From NCBI GenBank assembly GCA_951406725.2, contig OX597835.1, forward strand, positions 12,586,001 to 12,650,000: 64,000 nt of DNA, written 5' to 3'. This document shows, one piece after another, positions 13,605 through 25,804 of this stretch. Numbering within the stretch: the stretch's first letter is position 1; the number at the start of each line of letters is the position of its first letter. The notes beneath the pieces were generated by a model. The model had not been told where the DNA came from and did not search any database. It saw only the letters and a program-made list of their open reading frames with translations. Origin of the DNA: Octopus vulgaris. Lineage: Eukaryota. The translations under genes were made by a program, and so were the position numbers.

Positions 13605-13629
13605 TTGCAAAAAAAAAAAAAAAAGAAAT

Positions 13630-13930
13630 ATAACATGTGACTTCATTGACCGAGGTTACCGTGGTCTTTCCCGTAGGCTTTTCTTTCCACGGGTAAACCT
13701 CACCTGTCCTCCCCTTTACACTTCATATTGACATTTCTGTGATAACGATCCCTATTGATCAATTTTTTTTCCTCTCCCCCTTTTTTTTAACCCCCCCTTT
13801 TTTTTGTCCTCTTTCTTTCCTTTTACGATCCCTTTTGATCGACCCCACCTTTTTTTAACCCCCAAAAGAAAAGCTCTACCTTGTAATTTGTTCTATCTGT
13901 GTGCAGCCCTGTGTGGCTAATAAAGAAAAA
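13630..13930 (+). mobile_element. 3' end/UTR of a LINE-like retroelement (second copy at 29085-29409)
   Basis: Homologous to 29085-29409; pyrimidine-rich; ends GCAGCCCTGTGTGGCTAATAAAGAAA. Confidence 0.75.
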
Positions 13931-14135
<205 letters not shown>

Positions 14136-14232
14136 TAGGGAAAAGTTGTAGGTCTTAGAGCTAAAAAAAACTGATTTTAATCTATTCAGTGCAGTGAGAG
14201 TCGCCTATCTCTCTTAGGTCAACTGTTTAAAT

Positions 14233-14523
14233 CAGTGGTTCCTAATCATTTTTTGGCTCCCGCCCCTCTTGACACCCAGGCTACATTCCTAGTGTCCCTA
14301 CTCCAACTGACCATCACAAACATAGACCTCTTTCTGAAGCAAATTGAAGGCAACCGTATTTCACAAATAAAACTTAAATTAAGGAAGCCATTATTTTGAT
14401 GTTTTTACATGAATCCCCACCCTATTATCGCCCTAATTTTTACATGAATCGCTTCCCCATCATCGCCCCACTTTTCTTCAATGCCCTCTTGGAACTTTCC
14501 CCGGCCCAGTTTGAGAGCCACTG
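14233..14523. mobile_element. hAT-superfamily MITE
   Basis: TIRs CAGTGGTTCCTAA / TTGAGAGCCACTG and an exact 8-bp TSD GTTTAAAT (14225-14232, 14524-14531). Confidence 0.85.
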
Positions 14524-14564
14524 GTTTAAATGATCACTGAAAATGAGATCATAATTTAGACTGA

Positions 14565-14823
14565 TCATCATCATCATTGTTCGACCGTGGTCGAGACAAT
14601 GGAATTTACCATGCTACGCCAGACTTCACGGTCCATCATAGCATTGGAGGTCCTGTTGCTTGATGCCTGTATCCCTGGAGATTACATCAGGGTAGGAGAG
14701 TGTGCGCCCTCTGGTATTGCGAGTAGATGGCTTCCAGAGGAGAAGAGTAGAAATTACTTCTTTTTTCAGCTCTACAACAATGTCCAGCAAACTGGACTCT
14801 CCTACCTTTCACAAGACTGATGG
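14565..14823 (-). mobile_element. RTE-clade LINE 3' end (C-terminal ORF remnant)
   Basis: Minus translation with frameshifts: RRVQFAGHCCRAEK-EVISTLLLWKP...RGRTLSYPDVISRDTG...AMMDREVWRSMV, then a (TGA)n tail typical of RTE. Confidence 0.85.
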
Positions 14824-15154
14824 GTAAATGAAACAAAGAAGGGAATCTCAATTTAATGATGGAGACAAGAAAAAAGGCTTGGAGGTGAGTGTAGTGATTA
14901 AGAGTTTAGTGTAAGTCGTCTGTTTTGAGTAAAGATGGTGATGCAAATTTAGAATTAAAGCAATATTTGTAGAAAAAAGATTTATAAAAAATATGGATTT
15001 TTAAGATTTTACTATAATCTTAAATTTATCCAAAAGTTGTTCAAAATTTAGGTTATGCGACTTATGGTCATTATACGTAAGATATAAAGTTTCAACTGCG
15101 GCAGGCACTCATAAAGCTTCTCACCTTACATGAGTGAAATCATACATAAAATAT

Positions 15155-15389
15155 CTATTTCTTTACTACCCCCAAGGGGCTAAACATAGAGGGGACAAAC
15201 AAGGACAGACAAAGGGATTAAGTCGATTACATCGATCCCAGTGCGTAACTGGTACTTAATTTATCGACCCCGAAAGGATGAAAGGCAAAGTCGACCTCGA
15301 CGGAATTTGAACTCAGAACGTAACGGCAGACGAAATACGGCTACGCATTTCGCCCGGCGTGCAAAATGTTTCTGCCAGCTCGCCGCCCT
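15155..15389 (-). mobile_element. SINE family B, full length
   Basis: Complete GGCGGCGAGCTGGCAGAAAC...GTAGTAAAGAAATAG; 13-bp TSD ATACATAAAATAT (15142-15154, 15390-15402). Confidence 0.93.
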
Positions 15390-15963
15390 ATACATAAAAT
15401 ATAGTTTTGCTCTCATTACAATGAAGCTGTGTAAACGTCGGAAGATGTAGCATGAGGTTATAAAAACCAAAACAGAACAAAAAAAAAAAGAAGCAAAATA
15501 GTATTATTGTAAAAAATTGCGAATAAATAACGGAATAAGAGAATGAGATCACGAGTGCAAAACTATCTGCATACATATTGCTTTAATTCTTCCGATTTTC
15601 GGTACTATCATTGCTCAAAATCGATGCCAGAAGATCTCAGCGCTTGGAAACTGGTTTCATCAAGATTGCACATACAATGTTTACATTAACACAGATCCTC
15701 GAAGCATCATGGGATATATATTTGCACTAAACAGATTCTTCTTTTCATGATTAATGCATGCAATTCTAGGGCGAGGTTCTCATTTCGTAACCTACATCGT
15801 AACGATTCATTTTCTTGTTTGTTTTTCTTTTGATTTTTTACTCAAAACTATTTCGGAACCACGCTTATTGTCTTTGCGCTCTAATGTGAATTACCAACTG
15901 CTTGCTACCGTTATTTCGTCATCCTCTGTTAATGACACGCATGCTCAATTCTAAACACACGTA

Positions 15964-16024
<61 letters not shown>

Positions 16025-16049
16025 TAATATACAATACATATATATATAT

Positions 16050-16081
<32 letters not shown>

Positions 16082-16082
16082 T

Positions 16083-16176
<94 letters not shown>

Positions 16177-16183
16177 AATGTGT

Positions 16184-16412
16184 GGAGGCGCGTGGCTTAG
16201 TAGTTAGGGTGTCAGCATCATGATCGTAAGATTGTGGTTTCGATTCCTGGACCGGGCGACGCGTTGTGTTCTTGAGCAAAACACATCATTTCACGTTGCT
16301 CCAGTCCACTCAGCTAGCAAAAATGAGTAACGCTGCGATGGACTGGGGAACATTAACGCCATTGAAACCGGGAAGCCGGGTCCATGAGCCTGGCTAGGCT
16401 TTAAAAGTGCAC
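16184..16412 (+). mobile_element. tRNA-derived SINE family C (tail type X)
   Basis: A box GGCTTAGTAGT, B box GGTTTCGATTCC, core TGTGTTCTTGAGCAAAACAC...GCTCCAGTCCACTCAGC. Confidence 0.85.
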
Positions 16413-16566
16413 ATTTATTTTTTATATAAATATATATATGTATGTATGTACGTATTTCAGGACAGCTATTCTACGTTATATCACCGGTACATATCACATT
16501 TTTATGGTAAAAACTAATTAGTTACCACAGTCAAATGACTGAAACAAGTAAAAGAGTATACATACT

Positions 16567-16635
<69 letters not shown>

Positions 16636-16701
16636 GTGTGTGTGTGTGTGTGCGTGTGTATGTGTATAAAAATATCATGAGAGAGAGAGTGAGAGAGACA
16701 T

Positions 16702-16790
<89 letters not shown>

Positions 16791-17629
16791 AACGGATAGA
16801 GAAAGCAAGAGAAAGAGAGGGGGAGAGGTCTCCGAAAACATATTTTGTTCTTGAAGATTAGATTCAACAATCAACTCACTTCCACCGCCGCAACGGCGGG
16901 AAGTACGTCATAGCGTTGTTGCCGTACGAAATCACGTGAAGTCACATCCAACACTGTCACGTGGTTCTAATTAGACAAATGATATTGCACACGCTTGAAT
17001 GTAAATCAATAAACAAGAAAATAATAAGTAAGGACCTAAAATTGGCAGCGACTTGAAGAGTTCTTTAATGAATTGTGACTAGATTATTACCATATTTTTT
17101 TTTTGTTGTTTCAACTCTTCACATAAAGCAGACGATAGCGAATTAAGAGTTTTATGGTTTTATATTCTTTGGCTGTTCAACTCGCAATTTAGCACGTTGT
17201 TATTTTTGGCCACCTCATCGTAGGCTCCTTCTGGCAGTTTATGGAATGGCGTGAGAAGGGAGATGAAGGGTAAAGGATGAGCGGGGAAACGGGATTAGAA
17301 GAGAAAGGAGAGGAGAAAGGGTAAAATTATGATATTTATTTATCGATCTGATATGACAGTATGTTTGATATTTTTTGATTGCGCATCACACACATATTTA
17401 TATGTGCATACACACATACTCACATACACGTACATACACACAAACGCTCACACACACACACTCAGACAGACAGATAGACAGACACACACACACACATATA
17501 TGTCATATTACAGTCGTCATAAAAATATATAAACTTTCGATAGAACGTGCAATAATTCTGTTTTGGAATTGGTTCTCGAAGTACATATGACCCTATAAAC
17601 AATAGCATGTAATTATGTATGTGTATACA

Positions 17630-17693
<64 letters not shown>

Positions 17694-17761
17694 AGCATAT
17701 AGGTATAAATATGTATACGTATATGTATGTATTTGTGTGTGTATATATATATATATATAGT

Positions 17762-17967
17762 TTACTATTTTACTCTTTTACTTGTTTCTGTCATTTGACT
17801 GCGGCCATGCTGCAGCGCCGCCTTTAGTCGATAAATCGCCCGGGACTTATTCTTTGTAAACCCAGTACTTATTCTATCGGTCTCTTTTGCCGAACCGCTA
17901 AGTGACAGAGACGTAAGCACACCAGCATCGGTTGTCAAGCAATGCTAGGGGGACAAACACAGACATA

Positions 17968-18007
<40 letters not shown>

Positions 18008-18169
18008 TATATACGACAGGCTTCTTTCAGTTTCCGTCTACCAAATCCACTCACAAGGCATTGGTCGGCCCGGGGCTATAGCAGAAGACACTTGCCCAAG
18101 ATGCCACGCAGTGGGACTGAACCCGGAACCATGTGGTTGGTTAGCAAGCTACTTACCACACAGCCACTC
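17762..18169 (-). mobile_element. SINE family A, young full-length copy
   Basis: Near-identical to the copies at 28210, 31528 and 51584. Confidence 0.93.
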
Positions 18170-18409
18170 TGGCGCTATACACAAAGCATGACGAATTAAA
18201 CGTTCGTAACTTGAAGTCTCTTGCTATTGGGTGTTCGTCAGATGGTTACAAAGAAAGGTCCACTGTAATGCCACAAAAATCTCCAAGCAATATGAAGTTT
18301 GCTTGCTGTAAGTTAGGTTGTTTGCCTAGACTTGCAATATAAATGTGTTTGATTCTAAAATGTATTTTTGAAAGAGTGTTCAATTTAAAACTAAATAAAA
18401 AAAAATCTT

Positions 18410-18800
18410 CTTTTCTTATCTTGTTTCAGTCATTAGATTGCAACCATGATGGTGTCTTGAAGAATATTTGTCAGAGGAATCGACCCTAGTGTTTATTTTT
18501 TTCTTTTAAAACTGGTAATTATTCTATTAGTCTCAATCGAACCGCTAAGTCACGGGGACGTAAGCACACCAACACCAGTTGTGAAGCGGTGGTGACAAAT
18601 ACAGATACAAAAACAGACACAAATACACGCACACACGCGCGCACACACGCGCGCACACACACACACACGGTAGGTTTCTTTCAGTTTCTGTCTATCAAAT
18701 CCACTCGCAAGGTTTTGGCTGGGCCCGAGGTTACAGTAGAAAACACTTGGAACTAAACCCGGAACTATGTAGCCTGCAAGCAAATGTCTTAGCACACGGC
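18410..18800 (-). mobile_element. SINE family A, old diverged copy
   Basis: Same motif order with many substitutions. Confidence 0.8.
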
Positions 18801-19229
18801 CAAGTTGGTGATTGTGCGTATCTCTCCTTAGTTTGGTGGTCATGTATATCTCCATTTAATTAGAAGTTACTTTCCGAAATGTCTGCACTTATTGACCATT
18901 TGTGATCGGAAATTTAAATAGTTAATTGAGTTGTAAACTTTCCGAAATTGAGAGCATCCTCTGAATAGCAAAATACACACACTTTAAATTCGTAGTATAT
19001 AGCTTATATATTTCATGGGTTTTCCATTTGATATTGAATGCAGTACCGCTTTCTTTCAATTCTATCATTTATCTAACTCTTTTCGATTATTCTTAAGAAG
19101 CATGTATCGTTGTGATATTGGTGTTTAAATGTACCATTTATCATACCGACGTCCATTTATATTCAGTATATACATTTGAGTTTGTGTGATCTGTGCTTTA
19201 TAAATACTTGCTTCAGCGTTGCATGACTG

Positions 19230-20400
19230 ATTAAAAGGGAACGCGTTATCTACCTCCGTTTGGTTTTGCCGAATTGGTTGAAATAAAATTGTTCATATCA
19301 ATGTTGCAGCTGTAGCTTATTTTTAGGTTCTATTAAATATTTCCCTCTGATAGGGGTTTATAGGAAAACGTTTGTTAATTCAGACTGACAAGGGTTTGTT
19401 TTACGATGTTTAATGTTATATTCAATATGATATATTCCAATCTGTTTTCTACAAGATGGGGTGGGAGCAAGAGACCTGGGTATATATAATTTTAACTAAA
19501 TGACTGCTGGCTTCTGTTTTATTATCGCATTTATGTGCCTCTATTTCGAAAGTTTCTTTACAAGATAATATGCGGGGTTTCCTTTGCTGATATTTCTCAC
19601 TAGGTTTTTGAATAACTTCGGTGGTCGGATAGATCCTATAGTAACACACATGAGTAATTCAATGGGTTTATGTCTGACTTTCCGCGTAACATCTAAGTAA
19701 TAAATTGTGCTAGAATTAATAGATATGCAGTAATTACTCGCCATATTGCAGTTCACTTATCGCGGTTTACTATTCAAGCATACGTCGATTCCTCCGTGAT
19801 GTTGGTTTGTATTTATAATAAAATAAACGTATACAAATTACAATGATAAAAATATACAGTACTGTTTCTTCTTTGCGGATTTTCACCTATCGCGGTGTGA
19901 GTTTTGGAACGTAACACTCTCAATAGTTGAGCGATTATTGTAGCTATTTTATGAGCTAATATAAGTATCAGCCACTCATCCATAGCCGACTGGATATATC
20001 AAGATTACTTTTCACTTTCTGGTTCCGCTTAATTTTTTGCTAAAATCATTTTTTGTTTTTGCCAAAGAAACAAGAACATCACCAATTTGTCACAATTGTT
20101 CCAGATACTAAGAAACTGCAGATCTGAATGCACCTCATTAACCTGAATATCGTAGACAGTGTTAGCCTATATAACAACGGAGCATGAAGGTGTAGGCTAA
20201 GCTTGACTGAGACAGCCAGCGATATTGCTGAACAGCATGTCCGAGATACTATCTATATGCCGTCACCGGATACCATGCCTTTTGGACAACTTCAGCTTGT
20301 CTGCAGTATATGTGAAATTCGCACGGATACTTCGGACAGGTTGAAGTTGACCGAAATAAACGATATCCACCGACGGCAGATAAGTACTATATCGCATATA
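19230..20400 (-). pseudogene. Highly decayed Penelope-like RT/GIY-YIG ORF remnant
   Basis: Collinear broken motifs on the minus strand: NFTY, YL-D, LMRCIQICS (cf. R..RICS), IRPPKLFKNLVR (cf. RRP.NL..LVR), KIIY..SC...QIG (GIY-YIG-like), KPNG. Interrupted by the MITE at 19728-19940. Confidence 0.45.
19728..19940. mobile_element. Tigger/pogo-like MITE
   Basis: Left end CAGTAATTACTCG..; right end GCGGATTTTCACCTATCGCGG...GGAACGTAAC...GATTATTG|TA, as in Tigger-type MITEs. Confidence 0.65.
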
Positions 20401-20450
20401 ATATTTTGATACCATGGAGACAGTATGACGATAGTATGTCAAGATAGAAA

Positions 20451-20644
20451 TACGAGAAGTGCTGAAAAGTTGCTGGCTTTGTATAAAAGAAAATACTTGA
20501 GGATCAGTTAATTATGATTTTATTCAACATATTCCCCTCTCAGGTTCACACACTTATTGCAGGGGTCTCTACAAAAGAACTCGGAAGATTAGGCCTCAGG
20601 CCAGGCCTTTCGCGAAACCCATGAACTTACTATAATATCTCGTG
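20451..20644. mobile_element. Mariner-derived MITE
   Basis: TACGAGAAGTGCTGAAAAGTTGCTGGCTT left TIR, degenerate ...CTCG right end; related to 14045-14135. Confidence 0.7.
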
Positions 20645-20972
20645 TATAGTATATTGACACACTACTATCAACATACTATCGACAACATGGATAATATCAT
20701 TTCAAAATAATCATTGCAGAGTCGTCAACTCTAACAGCTACAAGTAAAATCCGAACGATCTTCTCAACAACACAGAAGCTAAGACCAACAGCAGCACCAA
20801 TACTGTCTACGAGACTCCAAGACACAATATCGTCTGAGAGTTCTCTGTAATTGATAATCAGCTTAATTAGCGCCTCGCCAAATATTTTTTCCTCAAAGTT
20901 CAATTAATCTAATCACCAACTCTGCGCGCGCAAGTAGCACGAACTTCTGTGTAGTAATAGCGCTCTCATGCA

Positions 20973-22420
20973 CATACTATGCCATACAGTTCTATTATGT
21001 CAGTTACACTGTACCATTAAAATACTACAGCTCTATCATACACCATAGTATGCCATACAGTTCTATTATATCAGTAACACAGAACCATTACAATACTACA
21101 GCTCTATCGTACACCATACTATGCCATACAGTTCTATTATATCAGTAACACAGAACCATTACAATACTACAGCTCTATCGTACACCATACTATGCCATAC
21201 AGTTCTATTATATCAGTAACACAGAAACATTACAATACTACAGCTCTATCGTACACCATACTATGCCATACAGTTCTATTATATCAGTAACACAGAACCA
21301 TTACAATACTACAGCTCTATCGTACACCATACTATGCCATACAGTTCTATTATATCAGTAACACAGAACCATTACAATACTACAGCTCTATCGTACACCA
21401 TACTATGCCATACAGTTCTATAATATCAGTAACACAGAACCATTACAATATTACAGCTCTATTGTACACCATACTATGCCATACAGTTCTATTATATCAG
21501 TAACACAGAACCATTACAATACTACAGCTCTATCGTACACCATACTATGCCATACAGTTCTATTATATCAGTAACACAGAACCATTACAATACTACAGCT
21601 CTATCGTACACCATACTATGCCATACAGTTCTATTATATCAGTAACACAGAACCATTACAATACTACAGCTCTATCATACACCATACTATGCCATACAGT
21701 TCTATTATATCAGTAACACAGTACCATTACAATACTACAGCTCTATCGTACACCATACTATGCCATACCGTTCTATTATATCAGTAACACAGTACCATTA
21801 CAATACTACAGCTCTATCATACACCATACTATGCCATACAGTTCTATTATATCAGTAACACAGTACCATTACAATACTACAGCTCTATCATACACCATAC
21901 TATGCCATACCGTTCTATTATATCAGTAACACAGTACCATTACAATACTACAGCTCTATCATACACCATACTATGCCATACAGTTCTATAATATCAGTAA
22001 CACAGTACCATTACAATATTACAGCTCTATCGTACACCATACTATGCCATACAGTTCTATTATATCAGTAACACAGTACCATTACAATACTACAGCTCTA
22101 TCATACACCATACTATGCCATACAGTTCTATAATATCAGTAACACAGTACCATTACAATACTACAGCTCTATCGTACACCATACTATGCCATACCGTTCT
22201 ATTATATCAGTAACACAGTACCATTACAATACTACAGCTCTATCATACACCATACTATGCCATACAGTTCTATAATATCAGTGACACAGTACCATTACAA
22301 TACTACAGCTCTATCATACACCATACTATGCCATACAGTTCTATTATATCAGTAACACAGTACCATTACAATACTAGCTCTATCGTACCCCATACTATGC
22401 TATACAATTCTATTATATTG
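20973..22420. repeat. 71-bp minisatellite, ~20.5 copies (degenerate continuation to ~22600)
   Basis: Unit CATACTATGCCATACAGTTCTATTATATCAGTAACACAGWACCATTACAATACTACAGCTCTATCRTACAC; TTCTA recurs at 20990, 21061, 21132 ... 22339. Confidence 0.97.
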
Positions 22421-23422
22421 ATAATACTATAAAACCACAGTATTATATGCTTACTATAATCCATGCTATACCATAGAGTAGTTATATCAGTAATACAGTA
22501 TTACTACAGTACTACAGTTCTATTATACATAGTACAGTACTATACAGTAGGATTACTACAGTATTGATATGGCGTTATCATATTGTACATTTATACCGAT
22601 TACATACCATTTCTACGCTATTAGAACTCCACAATAAACCACAAATGGAGGGTGGGTGTAGTTCTTTTGATGTGTATCTGCTTGGCTTTCAATAGAATTG
22701 CAGGAGTCTAATGACTTCGTTAATGAGTCTGTGAACAGCAGGAATCGTAACAAATGAATTAGCAGCTCGATTCAAAGTTGTTTTAAAAATATAATTAGAA
22801 GCAGTTCTGTAGGTAATCAATAGCGTTAACGAATATTAACAAAAACAACTGGTTTCTATAGTAGTGACTTCTAAAGCTACGGTGAAAAAGTTCGAATCAG
22901 AACAGGAAATCTAAAGACTTTACAACTATAATCTAATGACTAACATTACTTAAAAGCTTATCTCTATAGATTTTCAATAGAATTTAGAGCCAATACTGAA
23001 AGTTATAGGGTTTCGTATACGAATACATCAATGTAGAGAATGTGATCGAAGATAGAAAACATAGTTAATGGGTGTATATACATATTTCCCAAGTTATTGC
23101 TCTCTCGTCAGCACCGCATCCAACCCATCAACTATCTAGGAACGCATTGCTTAAATACCCGCTATCCACAAACGGTGTAACTCTATTGGCTAGACCAATT
23201 TACATGCTAAGCACCCCCTGGTACCTGATACGTAAATATTAATTACTACCAAGGACACAACCATTGTGTCTTTGCTAGCAATTAATATTGTTTTTTAAAT
23301 TTATTTTAGTTAGGGCATACTTCTTAGATGCTTGATGGCTCCTACTTTAAATATATCACCTCTGGCTTAGCAATTGGTTTTCAGGTGGATGGTGTTTAAG
23401 AGTAAATATTTTATTTGGTAAA

Positions 23423-23560
23423 AGGCGGCGAGCCGGCAGTATCGCTAGCATGTTGGATAAAATGGTTAGCGACGTTTCTTCCGATTCTACGTTCTGAATT
23501 TAAATTCCGTTGAGATCAACTTTGCCTTTTATTCCTTCGGGAGACGATGAAATCAAGTAA
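23423..23560 (+). mobile_element. SINE family B 5' fragment
   Basis: GGCGGCGAGCCGGCAG...TTCTGAATTTAAATTCCG...CTTTGCCTTT. Confidence 0.75.
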
Positions 23561-23793
23561 ATTTCTTGGTGAAAAACAATCTTGATAAAAATAGTGACCA
23601 TTGATTAACCAAAAGTAGCTCAGCAAATGTGGTGTTTTAAAAACTAATGGCATTAAAAGGAAACGATCTGATTGGCTGAAAATAAAGGCACCCCACCCTA
23701 ACCATGTAACGTGTCATAGTGTTCGTTGCTACGTCCACTACACACACGCACGCACGCACTCACACACACACACATATATTACGCATATTACAT

Positions 23794-23834
<41 letters not shown>

Positions 23835-23868
23835 CATACATACATACATATATATATAAATATATACA

Positions 23869-23904
<36 letters not shown>

Positions 23905-24934
23905 CATGTATGTATGTGTGTGTGGGTGCGGGTGCGGGTGCGGGTGCGGGAGGGTTTCTGCACAGTTTTCGCCGACCAAATTTCCTCCACAAAGTATTAG
24001 TTAAACTGAGTTTATACCATAATACACTTGACTATTGCGCCGCGTAGCAGAACCGAAACCCGAACCATTGCATCTGGTTACCAAACTAACTTCTTCCCTA
24101 AGCATAATACAGCTAAGTCCCAGGAAGCTAGTTGTGATCTGCCTCTACAAAATTTATTACAGTGAAAATGAGCAATCTACGTATCATATTTAAAGCAAAT
24201 ACACCGTTGAAATCCTACTAAACTGTGGAAATGGTTTCGAGAATGTATAACTTATAGACATATAGTGCTAAAGTACACAGAAATATATCAGTACCGAAAG
24301 AAAATCGTCTTATTGCCGTCACCACTGCTACTATTAATATATTTCTGGGTTTTTTTTTCGGTTATCACAGAAATATACCCTGCAATAAGAAATGCTATCT
24401 CGAAACGAATACTGCAGTTTATAAGGCTTTCAGAGATGTATCTGCCCTAAGTATGATACACAGATTACTGTTTTGAACTAACATTGCTCCTGTGGCTTGT
24501 AACGAACGTTTGCTACAGTGAAGTTGCCTCTTCCCCGCACAGAGTACGAACCTATATCAGTTCGTGAATTTGTTAACCACGTAGCCATAGAAAGCTTTTG
24601 CGCGATCACAAAGAAAATATACAATATGATCTATTATAAACTGCGCAGCCTGGTTTGCTAATAAAAATTCTATTAAAATATTCAAATAAAAAAGGGATGG
24701 AAAAGTAGTGGAAAATGACCGCCTGTGATATTTTATGACTTCTACAAGTCGGTCCTTAATCAATAGCGATTATTTTATTGACATATTCAATCTATATAAA
24801 AGGCAACATTTCTGTGCTTAGCATAAAACAAGTTATTGATTTAAGCTTCTTGTTGGCGATGGGTGATTAATTTGTTGCTAAGTTGTTAACGGTTTTAGCA
24901 AATTACTCAGCCAAGAATTTTTAAAACTCGTCAA

Positions 24935-25615
24935 GCTCTACCATACACCATACTACAACATATAGTACCACTACAGCACTACATCTCTAACATGATCCTA
25001 CTATACAATACTGTACTACATAGTACTACAGCTCTATGATATATCTTTCCATATCATTCATACAACTACAGTACTACAACTCTGCCATACACCTTACTAT
25101 ACTGTGCAATAACCATACAGTACGACTGCAGCACTACATCTCGACCATACACCATACTATACCATACTCTACTACTATAGTACTACATCTCTATCATACA
25201 CCTTACTATATCATACGTACAACTACAATACTTCATCTCCACCATACGTCCTACTATACCATACAGTACGACTATAGTACTACAGTTCTATCAAACACTT
25301 TACTATATCATACGTACAACTACAATATTTCATCTTCACCATACACCATACTATACCATACTCTACTACTATAGTACTACAGCTCTATCAAACACTTTAC
25401 TACATCATACGTACAACTACGATATTTCATCTCCCCCATACACCATATTATACCATACTCTACTACTATAGTACTACAGCTCTATCATACACCTTACTAC
25501 ATCATACGTACAACTACAATACTTCATCTCCACCATACATCTTACTATACCATACAGTACGACTATAGTACCACAGTTCTATCGTACACCATACTATATT
25601 ATACAGTATTGTTAC
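24935..25615. repeat. 97-bp higher-order minisatellite (two ~48-bp subunits), related to the 71-bp array
   Basis: TCATACGTACAACTAC at 25211, 25308, 25405, 25502; shares the TACTACAGCTCTATCATACACC motif with the 71-mer. Confidence 0.88.
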
Positions 25616-25804
25616 GTCAATATATCCCAATCTGTTAATGTCTGTCTATCTCTCCGTCTTCCAAAACTGCGACCATCCTTGTCTTCCGTTGATACGCAGA
25701 GTCATCTCAGGTGACCTAAGATTTAGCAAATTACTCAGCCAAGAAATTTTTAAACTCGTCAAGCTCTACCATACACCATACTACACCATATAGTACTACT
25801 TCAG

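Noticed and set aside
16184-16256. tRNA genes at SINE heads (also 32042, 38557, 41261, 54156)
   Set aside because: A and B boxes run straight into SINE bodies; no complete cloverleaf or terminator.
17942-18199. Recurrent ORF 'RQASFSFRLPNPLTRHWSARGYSRRHLPKMPRSGTEPGTMWLVSKLLTTQPL'
   Set aside because: Antisense translation of SINE family A; it recurs only because the SINE does.
20719-20850. Possible Ser/Thr-rich exon after TTGCAG (ESSTLTATSKIRTIFSTTQKLRPTAAPILSTRLQDTISSESSL*)
   Set aside because: Weak polypyrimidine tract, no good donor, no partner exons and no recognisable domain.
20973-22420. CRISPR-like array
   Set aside because: Contiguous tandem units without unique spacers, no cas genes, eukaryotic context.
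23070-23115. Minus-strand CTGACGA...GAAATATGTA
   Set aside because: No credible stem II; likely chance.
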